Shown here: one piece after another, positions 18,943 to 27,837 of the stretch | Numbering within the stretch: the first letter of the stretch is position 1 | Layout: each line of letters opens with the position of its first letter | DNA from: an uncultured Pseudomonadales bacterium | GTDB lineage: Bacteria > Patescibacteriota > Microgenomatia > UBA1400 > MFAQ01 | Assembly: GCA_964487665.1 (NCBI GenBank) | Contig: CAZARR010000001.1 | Location: forward strand, 19,982 to 83,981 | DNA: 64,000 bases | Reading direction: 5' to 3' | Notes under the pieces: model-generated | Seen by the model: only the letters and a program-made list of their open reading frames with translations | Told to the model about the DNA's origin: nothing | Databases searched by the model: none | Translations under genes and position numbers: made by a program

Positions 18943-19860
18943 ATGGCACGTAAAGCAACTACTCAACCTTTAGGCACTGGCATTGAAACATTGAAACAGG
19001 CGTTGGTGCCTGTTGTTAAGAAACAATCTGCGCTGGAGGTGGCGCAAGAGAAAGAGAAGGCTGCTGAGGAGCAGCTTTCTTCTGCCTTAGCTGGGCTGGC
19101 TAAGGCGTTGCCTGCACAGCGTGGGCACTGGAACCTGCGGGTGGCGCAGGCACAGGCAGCGGTGAGTGCTGCCCGCCATGAGCGCGAGAGCGTTCAGGAT
19201 GAAATGTTCGCGGCGGAGTGTCGCGAGCTTATGGCTGTTCCGGGTGTGGAGCAGCGTATTGGTGCTGTTGCCCGTCGCATCTGGGGCATGGTGGCAGGTG
19301 TTAACATGGAGGCTGTGATAGCAGCCGTGTTAGACTATGCACGCCGTAAGGGAGGCGTGTATGTAGGGTCTCAAAAGGGAGACCTGATGCTCCACAGCCG
19401 CTTGCGTAAGCATGTGGCTGAGGTCTGCGGGATGCAGACTATGGAGCAGCGTGAGCGTAACGCTGCTGCCAACAAACGCTATGAGGCGGAGTTGGCAGAG
19501 CAGGGTCGAGAGGCTGCTGCTCGTCTTGCGCGGGAGCGTAAGGCTGCCGAGGTGAAGCTCGGCTTGGAGCAGGTGGTGCTCCAGTCAGCTCTTGCGAAGG
19601 AGCAGGAGTTGAGTGCATTGAAACAACGCTATGCGGAGGCTGTCGCCGCATGTGCTGGTGATAAGACAGCAGCATTGGCACGGTTAGGCGTTGCCAGTGC
19701 TCAACGCTTCATCGATTTGATGAAGTGGGAGCGTGCCGAGATGGCACGTTTAGCTGCTGAGATGGCAGCGGAGCAAGAGCGGGCTGAGGCTGCCCGCAAA
19801 GAGAGCGAGAAGGCTCTCTTCACCGCCTTGGGTGGTGAGTTAGATGCGTTAGGGTTGTAG
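18943..19860 (+). CDS. Ala/Glu-rich coiled-coil protein
   Basis: About 305 aa with heptad pattern. Confidence 0.75.
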   Translation: MARKATTQPLGTGIETLKQALVPVVKKQSALEVAQEKEKAAEEQLSSALAGLAKALPAQRGHWNLRVAQAQAAVSAARHERESVQDEMFAAECRELMAVPGVEQRIGAVARRIWGMVAGVNMEAVIAAVLDYARRKGGVYVGSQKGDLMLHSRLRKHVAEVCGMQTMEQRERNAAANKRYEAELAEQGREAAARLARERKAAEVKLGLEQVVLQSALAKEQELSALKQRYAEAVAACAGDKTAALARLGVASAQRFIDLMKWERAEMARLAAEMAAEQERAEAARKESEKALFTALGGELDALGL

Positions 19861-19979
19861 TAAGCAGCCTGCCGTATGCCCTGTAAGGTATGCGGTGGGC
19901 GATATGAATAGAGCGTGAAACAATGGTGTGTTATGCACTATTGGAGTAGCGCTTCTTTTACCTTCTAATGAGTTATATC

Positions 19980-20555
19980 ATGAAACAGTTTATAGATAAG
20001 CTAACCGCTTTAGAAGCGTGTGATGGTGAAGGACAAGCTATGCCGTGGGTATGTGAGCAGCCTGATGTAGAGACGGTGTATAGAGAGTGTAAGCGAGGCG
20101 ACTGGATGCTATGGTACATCTATAAGAGTGGCATAGCATTACAAGATAAGCGCAAGTGGATAGGGTGCAAGGTAGAGATAGCATTGCAGGTACAGCACTT
20201 GATGAAAGACGAGCGTAGCATCAAAGCGTTAGAGATGGCAGAGCTATATAGCAAAGGACAAGCAACGGAGGAAGAGCTGAAACAGGCTACTGCTGCTGCT
20301 TATGATGCTTATTCTGCTGCTTATTCTGCTGCTGCTGCTTATGATGCTGCTTATGCTGCTGCTACTGATGATGCTGCTGCTGCTGCTACTGCTTATGTTG
20401 ATGCTGCTGCTTATACTGCTGCTGCTGCTTATGATGCTGCTTATGCTGCTGCTGATGATGATGCTGCTGATGCTGCTGATGCTGAGAAACATAAGTCTTT
20501 AGCCGATAGTGCTGATATAGTGCGTAAGTGGTACTCACTGGAGGAGTTATTATGA
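19980..20555 (+). CDS. Imm5-like helical-repeat protein, paralog 1 (Ala-rich tract)
   Basis: RGDWMLW...DERSIKALEMAELYSKGQAT-EEL followed by AY/AA repeats; near-identical N-terminal half to 31900-32388. Confidence 0.75.
   Translation: MKQFIDKLTALEACDGEGQAMPWVCEQPDVETVYRECKRGDWMLWYIYKSGIALQDKRKWIGCKVEIALQVQHLMKDERSIKALEMAELYSKGQATEEELKQATAAAYDAYSAAYSAAAAYDAAYAAATDDAAAAATAYVDAAAYTAAAAYDAAYAAADDDAADAADAEKHKSLADSADIVRKWYSLEELL
20286..20483 (+). repeat. Degenerate (GCT)n coding microsatellite
   Basis: About 66 consecutive NNT codons (GCT/GAT/TAT/ACT/TCT/GTT). Confidence 0.9.
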
Positions 20556-20839
20556 GAAGAGAAACGATTAACCAAAAGCTGAAAAAGGCTTTTGGTGGTG
20601 ATGTGATAGATGTATGTCTAAGGGATGATGGATATGTTGGGTCTCATTTATACCATAGAGATGCAGTACGCGGTACTACTATTTTAGTAAAAGCTACGAT
20701 AGTAGATATTGAGATGATTGATAAAGAGGATTACGGTGAAGACCGGTGTGGCTTTGTGTTAGTAACTGTTGAGTATGAAGGGAAGCGTAGTGCTGTTCGT
20801 ATGTATTGGGAAGATATGTTTGACCATGATAATGAGTAA
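20552..20839 (+). CDS. Hypothetical protein
   Basis: ATG overlapping the upstream stop, GAGGAG RBS. Confidence 0.65.
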   Translation: MRRETINQKLKKAFGGDVIDVCLRDDGYVGSHLYHRDAVRGTTILVKATIVDIEMIDKEDYGEDRCGFVLVTVEYEGKRSAVRMYWEDMFDHDNE

Positions 20840-21195
20840 TGCTTACTAAGTGTGATGAAGCCCTACATGCTATGATGTGTGTAGGGCTATATACTTAACC
20901 CAAGTGCATTGATATACGCATAGTCCTCGCCGGTATGGGGACAGATGACACGCTATAACTCGGAAATAAGAAGGCGTGTGGTACGACGGGGCAGATGCTG
21001 CTCCACCATCGTAGAAGTAAAGCAACATATCGTTCCGTAGCAGGATAGATGGCGTTGCGTTGTACCTTGGCGGCGTTGGTAAAGAAACGCATGTTTTTTT
21101 TATAGATACATTGTATGTGTATCTTGACGTATAGGAGAGGTAAGCTGTACTATACGGTAGGGGTGTACCCTTTAGTGAAATAACTGCTCTTAGAC

Positions 21196-24100
21196 ATGGC
21201 AACAATCGCTATGACTGCTACTTTTGTTAACCGCGTGAGTGGCGCGGTAGTCAGTCGGTGGGCTGACTTTGTGAGTGCGCTAGAGGCGGTGCGTTTGGGT
21301 GGTGTGTGTGAGTTGTCGGTGTATGGCGGTGCTCCGACGGAGTATGATGAGGATGGTGATGTGGTGGAGTATGGGTTCGATGTATGTCGTGGAGGTGTTG
21401 ATGACGAGTTGTACATCATGGACGGTCAGTGGGCATGTGTTGCTGTGGTTCGCTTGGTTCGTGATAAGCATGGTGTTGTCAGTGAGGTGGTGCTCGTTAC
21501 TGCGATGAGCAAGTATGAGTATCAGTATGTGCGTGCTGGTGGTGGTGGTGTTAAGTGTGTGTATCGTGGTGCTGTGCATGGGCTGTTGGCGCAAGAGTGT
21601 CTGTTCGATATGAGTGTGAGTGATGTACGGGTGATTGAGAGCAGCCGAGTAGGGTTTGTTAGTGGTATGACGATAGAGGCGTTCTGTTATGCGTATCGTT
21701 TGTCGTTTGCTCATTGGCGGCGTGCGCGTATTGGTGTAGGTGTAGATGCTACATGGATGGATGATAACTGTGTGTATCGCAATAGTGATGGTTCTGAGAT
21801 GATAGATATCATGAATCATCTTATTGCTGATGGCATTACTGATGCTAAAAAGATATGTGATGCTTTAAACAGCAAAGGAGGCTTAGTTGGACTATGCATT
21901 CAGGATGATATTATTGAGAGTGTATCATGGAATGTTAATGGGTTGGTGTATATATATTGTCTAAATGGTAATAAGCTTATGATAGGAGAAGGCTGTTACA
22001 CTGTATCTAATGTTCGAGATATGATTGTACTTGGGAAGCGTGTCATAGTAGAGGATACTGTTGCATATGTTGACGAGGAGATGGACGTGATGGATCAGTT
22101 GCGTGGCGTCATTGTCGGTAGTCGTGTGAAGCGTAGCATGGTGTTGCCCGAGACGTTGAATGAGTTCAACAGATACGATGTAGGTATTGTCGAGTTCATA
22201 TATGAGGAGATATGCGAGGTTAGTGAGCATAGAGGCAAGCTGGGAGTACGCATCGAGTTTCCTAGTGCTGTTCGTCCGGGTGCGGGGTTAGGGACAACAC
22301 ATTGGGCGTACATGAGTATTAGCGACATACTGATGAAAGGTATGTTTGTGCAGCGCGTGGCTACTGGTGTTGACGTTCCCGTTATGCCTGATGATGCTGC
22401 TATCGGTGCTGCTATGCGCGACGGTGCTGAGATACCTGTTGATGGCAAGAGAGAGCCCAAGAGACGTACTGTTAAGGGCTATGTAGGACAGATGCCGTAC
22501 TATGATGTTAGCGAGGTGCACATGGAGACGTTGACGAGTGGTTATGGTCCTAAGAATACTCGTTTTGTGCGTATGAAGGACGGGTATAGCGTACAGGCTG
22601 ATGCGTTGAAGCGCAAGGATGGCACGTTGATACACATTAGTGGTCAAGGGTGGGTGTATATGAGTAAGGTAGGGTACTGTCTGGCTACGTTGAAGGGGGG
22701 CATGCACGGCTGGACGTCGCCTGTAGCTAACGGTGATGGCGAGTGGTTGATGATGAACCCTTGGAGTGATGGTGATGCTGTATTAGAGGTAGCGCAGTGC
22801 ATCAGCATCAAGGAGAGCGGTGATGTGTTGTACATACGCCGCAGGGGTGGTCGTGATGGCGAGTGGGTGTCATGTGGCAAGTACATACATGAGGGTCGCA
22901 TCGTAGAGGTGATGGCAGTACCGTTCAAGGGCATGCGGACGGTATTGCACCTGCTATTCAACGGCTACGGTGCTGTGAAGGGCTTAGAGGCGCATGGTGT
23001 AGAGCATAGCACTAAGAAGCTGCACAACTACGAAGTGCTTACGATAGGTGGCGTGCACTACCAACTGAAAGGCGATGGTAGTCTGCACCATATATCAGAC
23101 CTTAATGTATGGCTGATAGGTGTGTATGAGGAGTTGGTGGGCAAGTATGACCGTGATGAGCTACTCGCTTATGTGGGTAAGATGTACTCTGTCTGCAAAG
23201 AGAAGCGGGACAACCATGTCTATCGTAGTAACTACAACGAGTGTTACCACGAGAGAATGAAGAGAAGCATGATGCTGGGCGATGAAGTAGTGTATGAGTA
23301 CAGCGTTACCATATATCATGGAAGCGGTGATAAAGAGGTAGAGCGTGCATGTGGTGTCAGGGATATGAGTTATAGCTATGACGATGATGGCGGTAGACTG
23401 TATGAGCAGACGGAGGCTAACAAGCTACGTTTAGCGTATGCCTTGGGACTGCTTACTATTGACGACAAGGAGGCTGTGTTGGACGAGCTTACTGTTATCG
23501 CTGAGGAGCAGTATGCCGACTACTTAGTGAAGCGTGAGGCGTCAAAGGCGGTGCTTACCGATGAGGACAAGGCTGCGTTACGTGCTGCGTTCTCGGGCGA
23601 CTGTACGTGGTTGGGCATGAGTGTGCGTTTTGATTACTGTGTCAAGGATGATGTGTATATGAAGTATGAGCGTGGTCTGTATCGTGGTGATGACCATTAT
23701 ATCCGCGCCTCGATAGGTAGTATGTCATTACAAGGCATAGGTATTGCGAAAGACGGTAATAGCTATATCGTCATTTGTACTGCTGACATGCAAGTACTGG
23801 TTTGGGAATACTTAGGTATTGGCACTATCGTGAAGGTGGAGGTGAGCCGTGCCTTGATAGGGTATGAGAAAGACGATGAAGGCAACATCGTGTATAGTGT
23901 CAATAGTGGGTTACGTGAGGACCTACGCGCTATGGTGGCGGAGCATATCGCTGTAGCTGGTCGTGTGAGCAGCGAGTATGAGTGGATAGACAAGGCGTAT
24001 GGCATTGGGCACCGTAACGTCTATCTACATGTTGTCAGTGGCAGTCGCATGGATGACTTAGCGATGTTGTTCCAAGCGAACCATAGCATTGAAGCGGGCG

Positions 24101-24939
24101 GTAGTGATGTGTTGTATCGTATGTGGGACAGTGGTGCCAAGTGGAGTGAGCTATTGGGTAATAGTAGTGATACTAATAATGACCACGGTTATGCGCATGG
24201 TGAGTACCAGAGCATCGAGGTGAAGGAGTGGGGTGTGCGCTTAGTATGGAATAGCACATGGAATAGCTGTGTTAAGATGTGTGGTGGCTGGAACGAGGAT
24301 AAGGACAGCATCAAGAGTGTGTTATGGGACGGCACTGTGATAGTTGGCGAGTATGAGCGTGATGATGAGTTTCAGACTGTGGGTGCTGCTATGCGCGAAG
24401 GAGCTGCTATACCTATAGAATATAACATTCTTAACAAATGGGACAAGATGTTATATGATAAGATAGGTGAAGTAGAGTATATACGCAACAAGAAGGTGTG
24501 TACCATGCTTGCCGACCTTATACAGTGTGGCAAGGCGACGTATGCCGATGGCGAGAAAGCGAAGTATTGTGGCTATATGAGTCGATGGACTACTGTAAAG
24601 GAACACATCGGTGTTGAACACGTATTCGTATGGAAGCAACGACTGATAGAACGCTCTTTTGGTGGTAAGACATGGCTCGACTATCCATGTTTCTCGTACA
24701 GATGTGTTTTCATGGCTTGTACGTTGCGTCAAGACAGTGTTGAGCGTGGTGGCTTATGGCACTTGAACTGGTGCAGTGGTGATGATGACTTAGCGTTGCA
24801 CTATCTGTCGTATATCACAGAGCATGATATGAACATGGTGAAGGCATATATCTTAGAGCATCACACCAACGATGCTTTTCAAGATATGTTCAATGCGTGG
24901 TGTAAAGAGACTGGCTTGGTGAAGTATAGAAGTAGATGA
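21196..24939 (+). CDS. Large hypothetical early protein (1247 aa, mosaic)
   Basis: Uninterrupted 3.7 kb ORF; no recognisable catalytic motif. Confidence 0.8.
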   Translation: MATIAMTATFVNRVSGAVVSRWADFVSALEAVRLGGVCELSVYGGAPTEYDEDGDVVEYGFDVCRGGVDDELYIMDGQWACVAVVRLVRDKHGVVSEVVLVTAMSKYEYQYVRAGGGGVKCVYRGAVHGLLAQECLFDMSVSDVRVIESSRVGFVSGMTIEAFCYAYRLSFAHWRRARIGVGVDATWMDDNCVYRNSDGSEMIDIMNHLIADGITDAKKICDALNSKGGLVGLCIQDDIIESVSWNVNGLVYIYCLNGNKLMIGEGCYTVSNVRDMIVLGKRVIVEDTVAYVDEEMDVMDQLRGVIVGSRVKRSMVLPETLNEFNRYDVGIVEFIYEEICEVSEHRGKLGVRIEFPSAVRPGAGLGTTHWAYMSISDILMKGMFVQRVATGVDVPVMPDDAAIGAAMRDGAEIPVDGKREPKRRTVKGYVGQMPYYDVSEVHMETLTSGYGPKNTRFVRMKDGYSVQADALKRKDGTLIHISGQGWVYMSKVGYCLATLKGGMHGWTSPVANGDGEWLMMNPWSDGDAVLEVAQCISIKESGDVLYIRRRGGRDGEWVSCGKYIHEGRIVEVMAVPFKGMRTVLHLLFNGYGAVKGLEAHGVEHSTKKLHNYEVLTIGGVHYQLKGDGSLHHISDLNVWLIGVYEELVGKYDRDELLAYVGKMYSVCKEKRDNHVYRSNYNECYHERMKRSMMLGDEVVYEYSVTIYHGSGDKEVERACGVRDMSYSYDDDGGRLYEQTEANKLRLAYALGLLTIDDKEAVLDELTVIAEEQYADYLVKREASKAVLTDEDKAALRAAFSGDCTWLGMSVRFDYCVKDDVYMKYERGLYRGDDHYIRASIGSMSLQGIGIAKDGNSYIVICTADMQVLVWEYLGIGTIVKVEVSRALIGYEKDDEGNIVYSVNSGLREDLRAMVAEHIAVAGRVSSEYEWIDKAYGIGHRNVYLHVVSGSRMDDLAMLFQANHSIEAGGSDVLYRMWDSGAKWSELLGNSSDTNNDHGYAHGEYQSIEVKEWGVRLVWNSTWNSCVKMCGGWNEDKDSIKSVLWDGTVIVGEYERDDEFQTVGAAMREGAAIPIEYNILNKWDKMLYDKIGEVEYIRNKKVCTMLADLIQCGKATYADGEKAKYCGYMSRWTTVKEHIGVEHVFVWKQRLIERSFGGKTWLDYPCFSYRCVFMACTLRQDSVERGGLWHLNWCSGDDDLALHYLSYITEHDMNMVKAYILEHHTNDAFQDMFNAWCKETGLVKYRSR

Positions 24940-24982
24940 TATGTGTGTCGGCAGGTGTAGTACGCTATGCTTGCCGATGGTA

Positions 24983-25034
24983 CAGGGTTATGGGTTCATA
25001 CTCGTGGGTGGTTCGACTCCACCCTACCCTGCTA
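24983..25034 (+). ncRNA. tRNA-like module (short acceptor, one hairpin, T-arm)
   Basis: CAGGGT..ACCCTG closing stem; ATGGGT-TCAT-ACTCGT hairpin; GGTGG-TTCGACT-CCACC; ends G-CTA. Confidence 0.6.
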
Positions 25035-25118
25035 TTGACCGTCACGTGTCCCTTGCGGAGCCTCTGACTGTCTTTCTTGTTCTCTCAAAACAAACACGCC
25101 ATAGGAGGGCGTATAACT

Positions 25119-26075
25119 ATGAGAACAGCTATTTTAAAGGCACTGATATTGATGTGCCTATCGTTTATGTGTACGTCTATGTGGGCGGTGTCATTGGCAC
25201 AGCTTACAGGTGAGACGTACAGCCTTAGCCGCGCCTATGAGCGTGTTGTGCTAGGGCGTGAGGACGGTGCTATGGGTGCGCCGTACTCGTACAGTGTATG
25301 TGTGAGATGGATGCGTGAGCAGGGTGCACGTGTCGGTATAGTGTATGATGGCAGTGCTTCGGTGAACGTTGCTATCTTACATGCTGACGTATCGAACTAT
25401 GTACGGCAAGATAGTTCGATAGATGGTGTCCGTGCGTTGCGCCGCATCGTTGATGAGAGCGAGTGTGATGAGTGTCGTGATGGTGTGGAGTGGACTAAGA
25501 GATGGTTAGATAGCATGGAGCGTGAGGTGCGTGATACTATGGTGATGGCTAGTGTGTCTACTGTTCGCGTTGGTGTGTTGAGTGTCGGTGTGTCGATGGT
25601 GAGTATGGTGCCTGCTATGGTGAGTGAGATGGCGAGCATCCCTTCACGTGGCTGGACGGTGGTAGCAGACTGTGGGTATAGTAAGCGTGTCAATATGCGT
25701 GAGTTGTATGATGTGATGATGGAGCGTGGCAGCCATGACGATGAGCGTGCGATGCGATGGGCATGGTGGTCGTTCATACGGAAGCATGGAGGCTCCGTAC
25801 ACCCTAGTGTGTTCATGATGCAGTGCGGAGGAGGGTGTGATGATGTAGAGAGGGCGTTACGTGCTGTTGATGATATGAGTGAGATGCGGGCATGGCACTG
25901 GCTGTCATGTAGGCTATGGGCGTATGAGGCGTGCTGTGCTATGATGGATGATGTGAGCGTGTTGCCGGAGTATAGTGCTGGTGGAAGTGCTGGTGTAGCT
26001 ATGGGTACAGGGCTACATAAGGTGAATGCGGCTAAGAGTAGAAGAGCGTGTAAAAAACAAGGAGGTCGGTCATGA
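25119..26075 (+). CDS. Hypothetical protein with N-terminal signal/TM segment
   Basis: AGGAGG RBS before ATG 25119; hydrophobic N-terminus. Confidence 0.7.
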   Translation: MRTAILKALILMCLSFMCTSMWAVSLAQLTGETYSLSRAYERVVLGREDGAMGAPYSYSVCVRWMREQGARVGIVYDGSASVNVAILHADVSNYVRQDSSIDGVRALRRIVDESECDECRDGVEWTKRWLDSMEREVRDTMVMASVSTVRVGVLSVGVSMVSMVPAMVSEMASIPSRGWTVVADCGYSKRVNMRELYDVMMERGSHDDERAMRWAWWSFIRKHGGSVHPSVFMMQCGGGCDDVERALRAVDDMSEMRAWHWLSCRLWAYEACCAMMDDVSVLPEYSAGGSAGVAMGTGLHKVNAAKSRRACKKQGGRS

Positions 26076-26428
26076 GAAAGACAGATATGACGTTGCTTGG
26101 GTATAAGCAAGGAGAACCTTTGATTGACTACACAAAAGACAATCAAAGGTGCTTATGTCATGAGGAGTTCTACAAGAAAGTAGATATTCCATGCGACACT
26201 AATGATACAGCGCAGATATGTGTGATATATACAGAGTATAAGCATACGTTATGCATTGTAGGCTCATATGAGATAGAGCTTACAGTACATGTTGGTTCTC
26301 TTTGGTTGAAGATATTGGTGTATAACGGCATAACAGATGACGATATATCGTCTGTATTGATGGATGCAGAGGTTCGTTTAGCTATGATGGTTGATGCATG
26401 GCGTAACTATAAAGGAGGTCGGTCATGA
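26072..26428 (+). CDS. Hypothetical protein
   Basis: Flanked by an identical 17-nt RBS repeat. Confidence 0.7.
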   Translation: MRKTDMTLLGYKQGEPLIDYTKDNQRCLCHEEFYKKVDIPCDTNDTAQICVIYTEYKHTLCIVGSYEIELTVHVGSLWLKILVYNGITDDDISSVLMDAEVRLAMMVDAWRNYKGGRS

Positions 26429-26661
26429 AGTGGCAACATGTAACAATAGCGTTGAGTGTTGTTATCGTAACGCTTGGTGTGTTGGTTGTATATGGCGCAT
26501 ATAAGGAAGATGGCGATTGGCATGTTGCATTGTATATGGTGATAGTCCCGTGCATGGCTGGTTTTATGAGTATATGTTGGTCTGTATCTTGTCTATCAGA
26601 TGAATGGACACATAGCGGATTGTTAGATGACGGTGTTGACGATATAGAGGATATGTCATGA
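26425..26661 (+). CDS. Small 2-TM membrane protein
   Basis: Two hydrophobic helices; AGGAGG RBS. Confidence 0.7.
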   Translation: MKWQHVTIALSVVIVTLGVLVVYGAYKEDGDWHVALYMVIVPCMAGFMSICWSVSCLSDEWTHSGLLDDGVDDIEDMS

Positions 26662-26789
26662 CACCGGAGGAACGTCGCATACGTGAAGGCTTCTTCGGTG
26701 GCTTTCCGCGATGGGATAAGGTGTTCGTGATGATAGCAGCGTTGCTCGTGGTGTTGTCGCTGCTTATAACAAAAGGAGGTTTGATATGA
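26658..26789 (+). CDS. Small membrane protein (43 aa, not in ORF track)
   Basis: MTPEERRIREGFFGGFPRWDKVFVMIAALLVVLSLLITKGGLI; ATGA coupling at both ends. Confidence 0.6.
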   Translation: MTPEERRIREGFFGGFPRWDKVFVMIAALLVVLSLLITKGGLI

Positions 26790-26932
26790 GTGCAATAGGA
26801 CTACTGATGTTGATAGGCGGGCTACTATTGATAGTGGTATCGCCTACCGTTGATGCTGATAAGCGCGTCCGTGCTTTCTGGTGTGGTATCGTGTGTGTCG
26901 CATGTGCAACCCTGTTCGAGCTATGGAGTTAA
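26786..26932 (+). CDS. Small 2-TM membrane protein (48 aa, not in ORF track)
   Basis: MSAIGLLMLIGGLLLIVVSP...CGIVCVACATLFELWS; AGGAGG RBS. Confidence 0.6.
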   Translation: MSAIGLLMLIGGLLLIVVSPTVDADKRVRAFWCGIVCVACATLFELWS

Positions 26933-27837
26933 TGACCTTTCGACTGCTCAAGACGCCGAATAAGAGCAACTACTATGTCGTCAATGAGCGTGGTGAGCCG
27001 ATAACGGGCAAGTGTTATACAACTAAGGCTAAGGGCAATAAGCAGGCACAGATAGCCTTTACCCTCTTCAACGAGGAGACGAGTATGCCGCTAAAGGATG
27101 CCTACGATAGTGCCTTTCTGACCAGCGTGGTGCATGACATACTGATGAAAGATATGTTCACGCATGATGAGCACGGCTTATGCTTGCGTAATACACCCGA
27201 TATGTATGAGTATAGGTACAATGTGGACAAGCTATATGCATGGGTTCGTAAGCTATGCCGTATAAGCGCACGTGATGAGATGATGATATACCAGCCGTAC
27301 ACACCTATAAAGAGTGATGTAAAAGCTATGCTACGCTTCGAGAGCAACGACAACCTATGGGAGTACATCGAAGAGTGGCACAGAGGTGATAAAGTACATG
27401 ACTTTAGATGGTATTACTCGTCATATAGTTATGGTAGTGGACATACAATGCGTACACACTCCCTTGGTCGCTTGGTGCGTGGCATGATAGAGGCTGACCT
27501 ATGGCAGTACGCTATAAGGTACGACAACAGCGGATATGTGGGCAGAGATACGAAGCTAATGCTGTACCGAGTGCCATTGATAGATGAAGAGTGGTTCCCT
27601 ATACTTATGGCTGAGGCATCGTTTAGTATGCGCGGCAAAGACGGCATCATGCTATCTGCCAATAACGCCCTTGTGACTATCGACGGTGCAGAGAAGCATC
27701 CACGTTGTCTTGCCTTGGATAAGATATGGCGGCTGTTAAGCAGTGTAGATGAGACCAATGTAGCTCTTGGGCAACAGTTGTTAGAGAACGATATGTGGAA
27801 ACAGTATAGCGATGAAGATCTCGTAGATGAGGCATGA
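26932..27837 (+). CDS. Hypothetical protein
   Basis: TAATG coupling; C-terminal LLSSVDETNVALGQQLL motif. Confidence 0.75.
   Translation: MTFRLLKTPNKSNYYVVNERGEPITGKCYTTKAKGNKQAQIAFTLFNEETSMPLKDAYDSAFLTSVVHDILMKDMFTHDEHGLCLRNTPDMYEYRYNVDKLYAWVRKLCRISARDEMMIYQPYTPIKSDVKAMLRFESNDNLWEYIEEWHRGDKVHDFRWYYSSYSYGSGHTMRTHSLGRLVRGMIEADLWQYAIRYDNSGYVGRDTKLMLYRVPLIDEEWFPILMAEASFSMRGKDGIMLSANNALVTIDGAEKHPRCLALDKIWRLLSSVDETNVALGQQLLENDMWKQYSDEDLVDEA

Noticed and set aside
20244-20502. Poly-Ser/Ile and poly-Leu/Met ORFs
   Set aside because: Alternative-frame readings of the GCT repeat.
21062-21069. Promoter TACCTTGG upstream of the 1247-aa gene
   Set aside because: One mismatch to TAnnTTTG and no -33 element; insufficient support.
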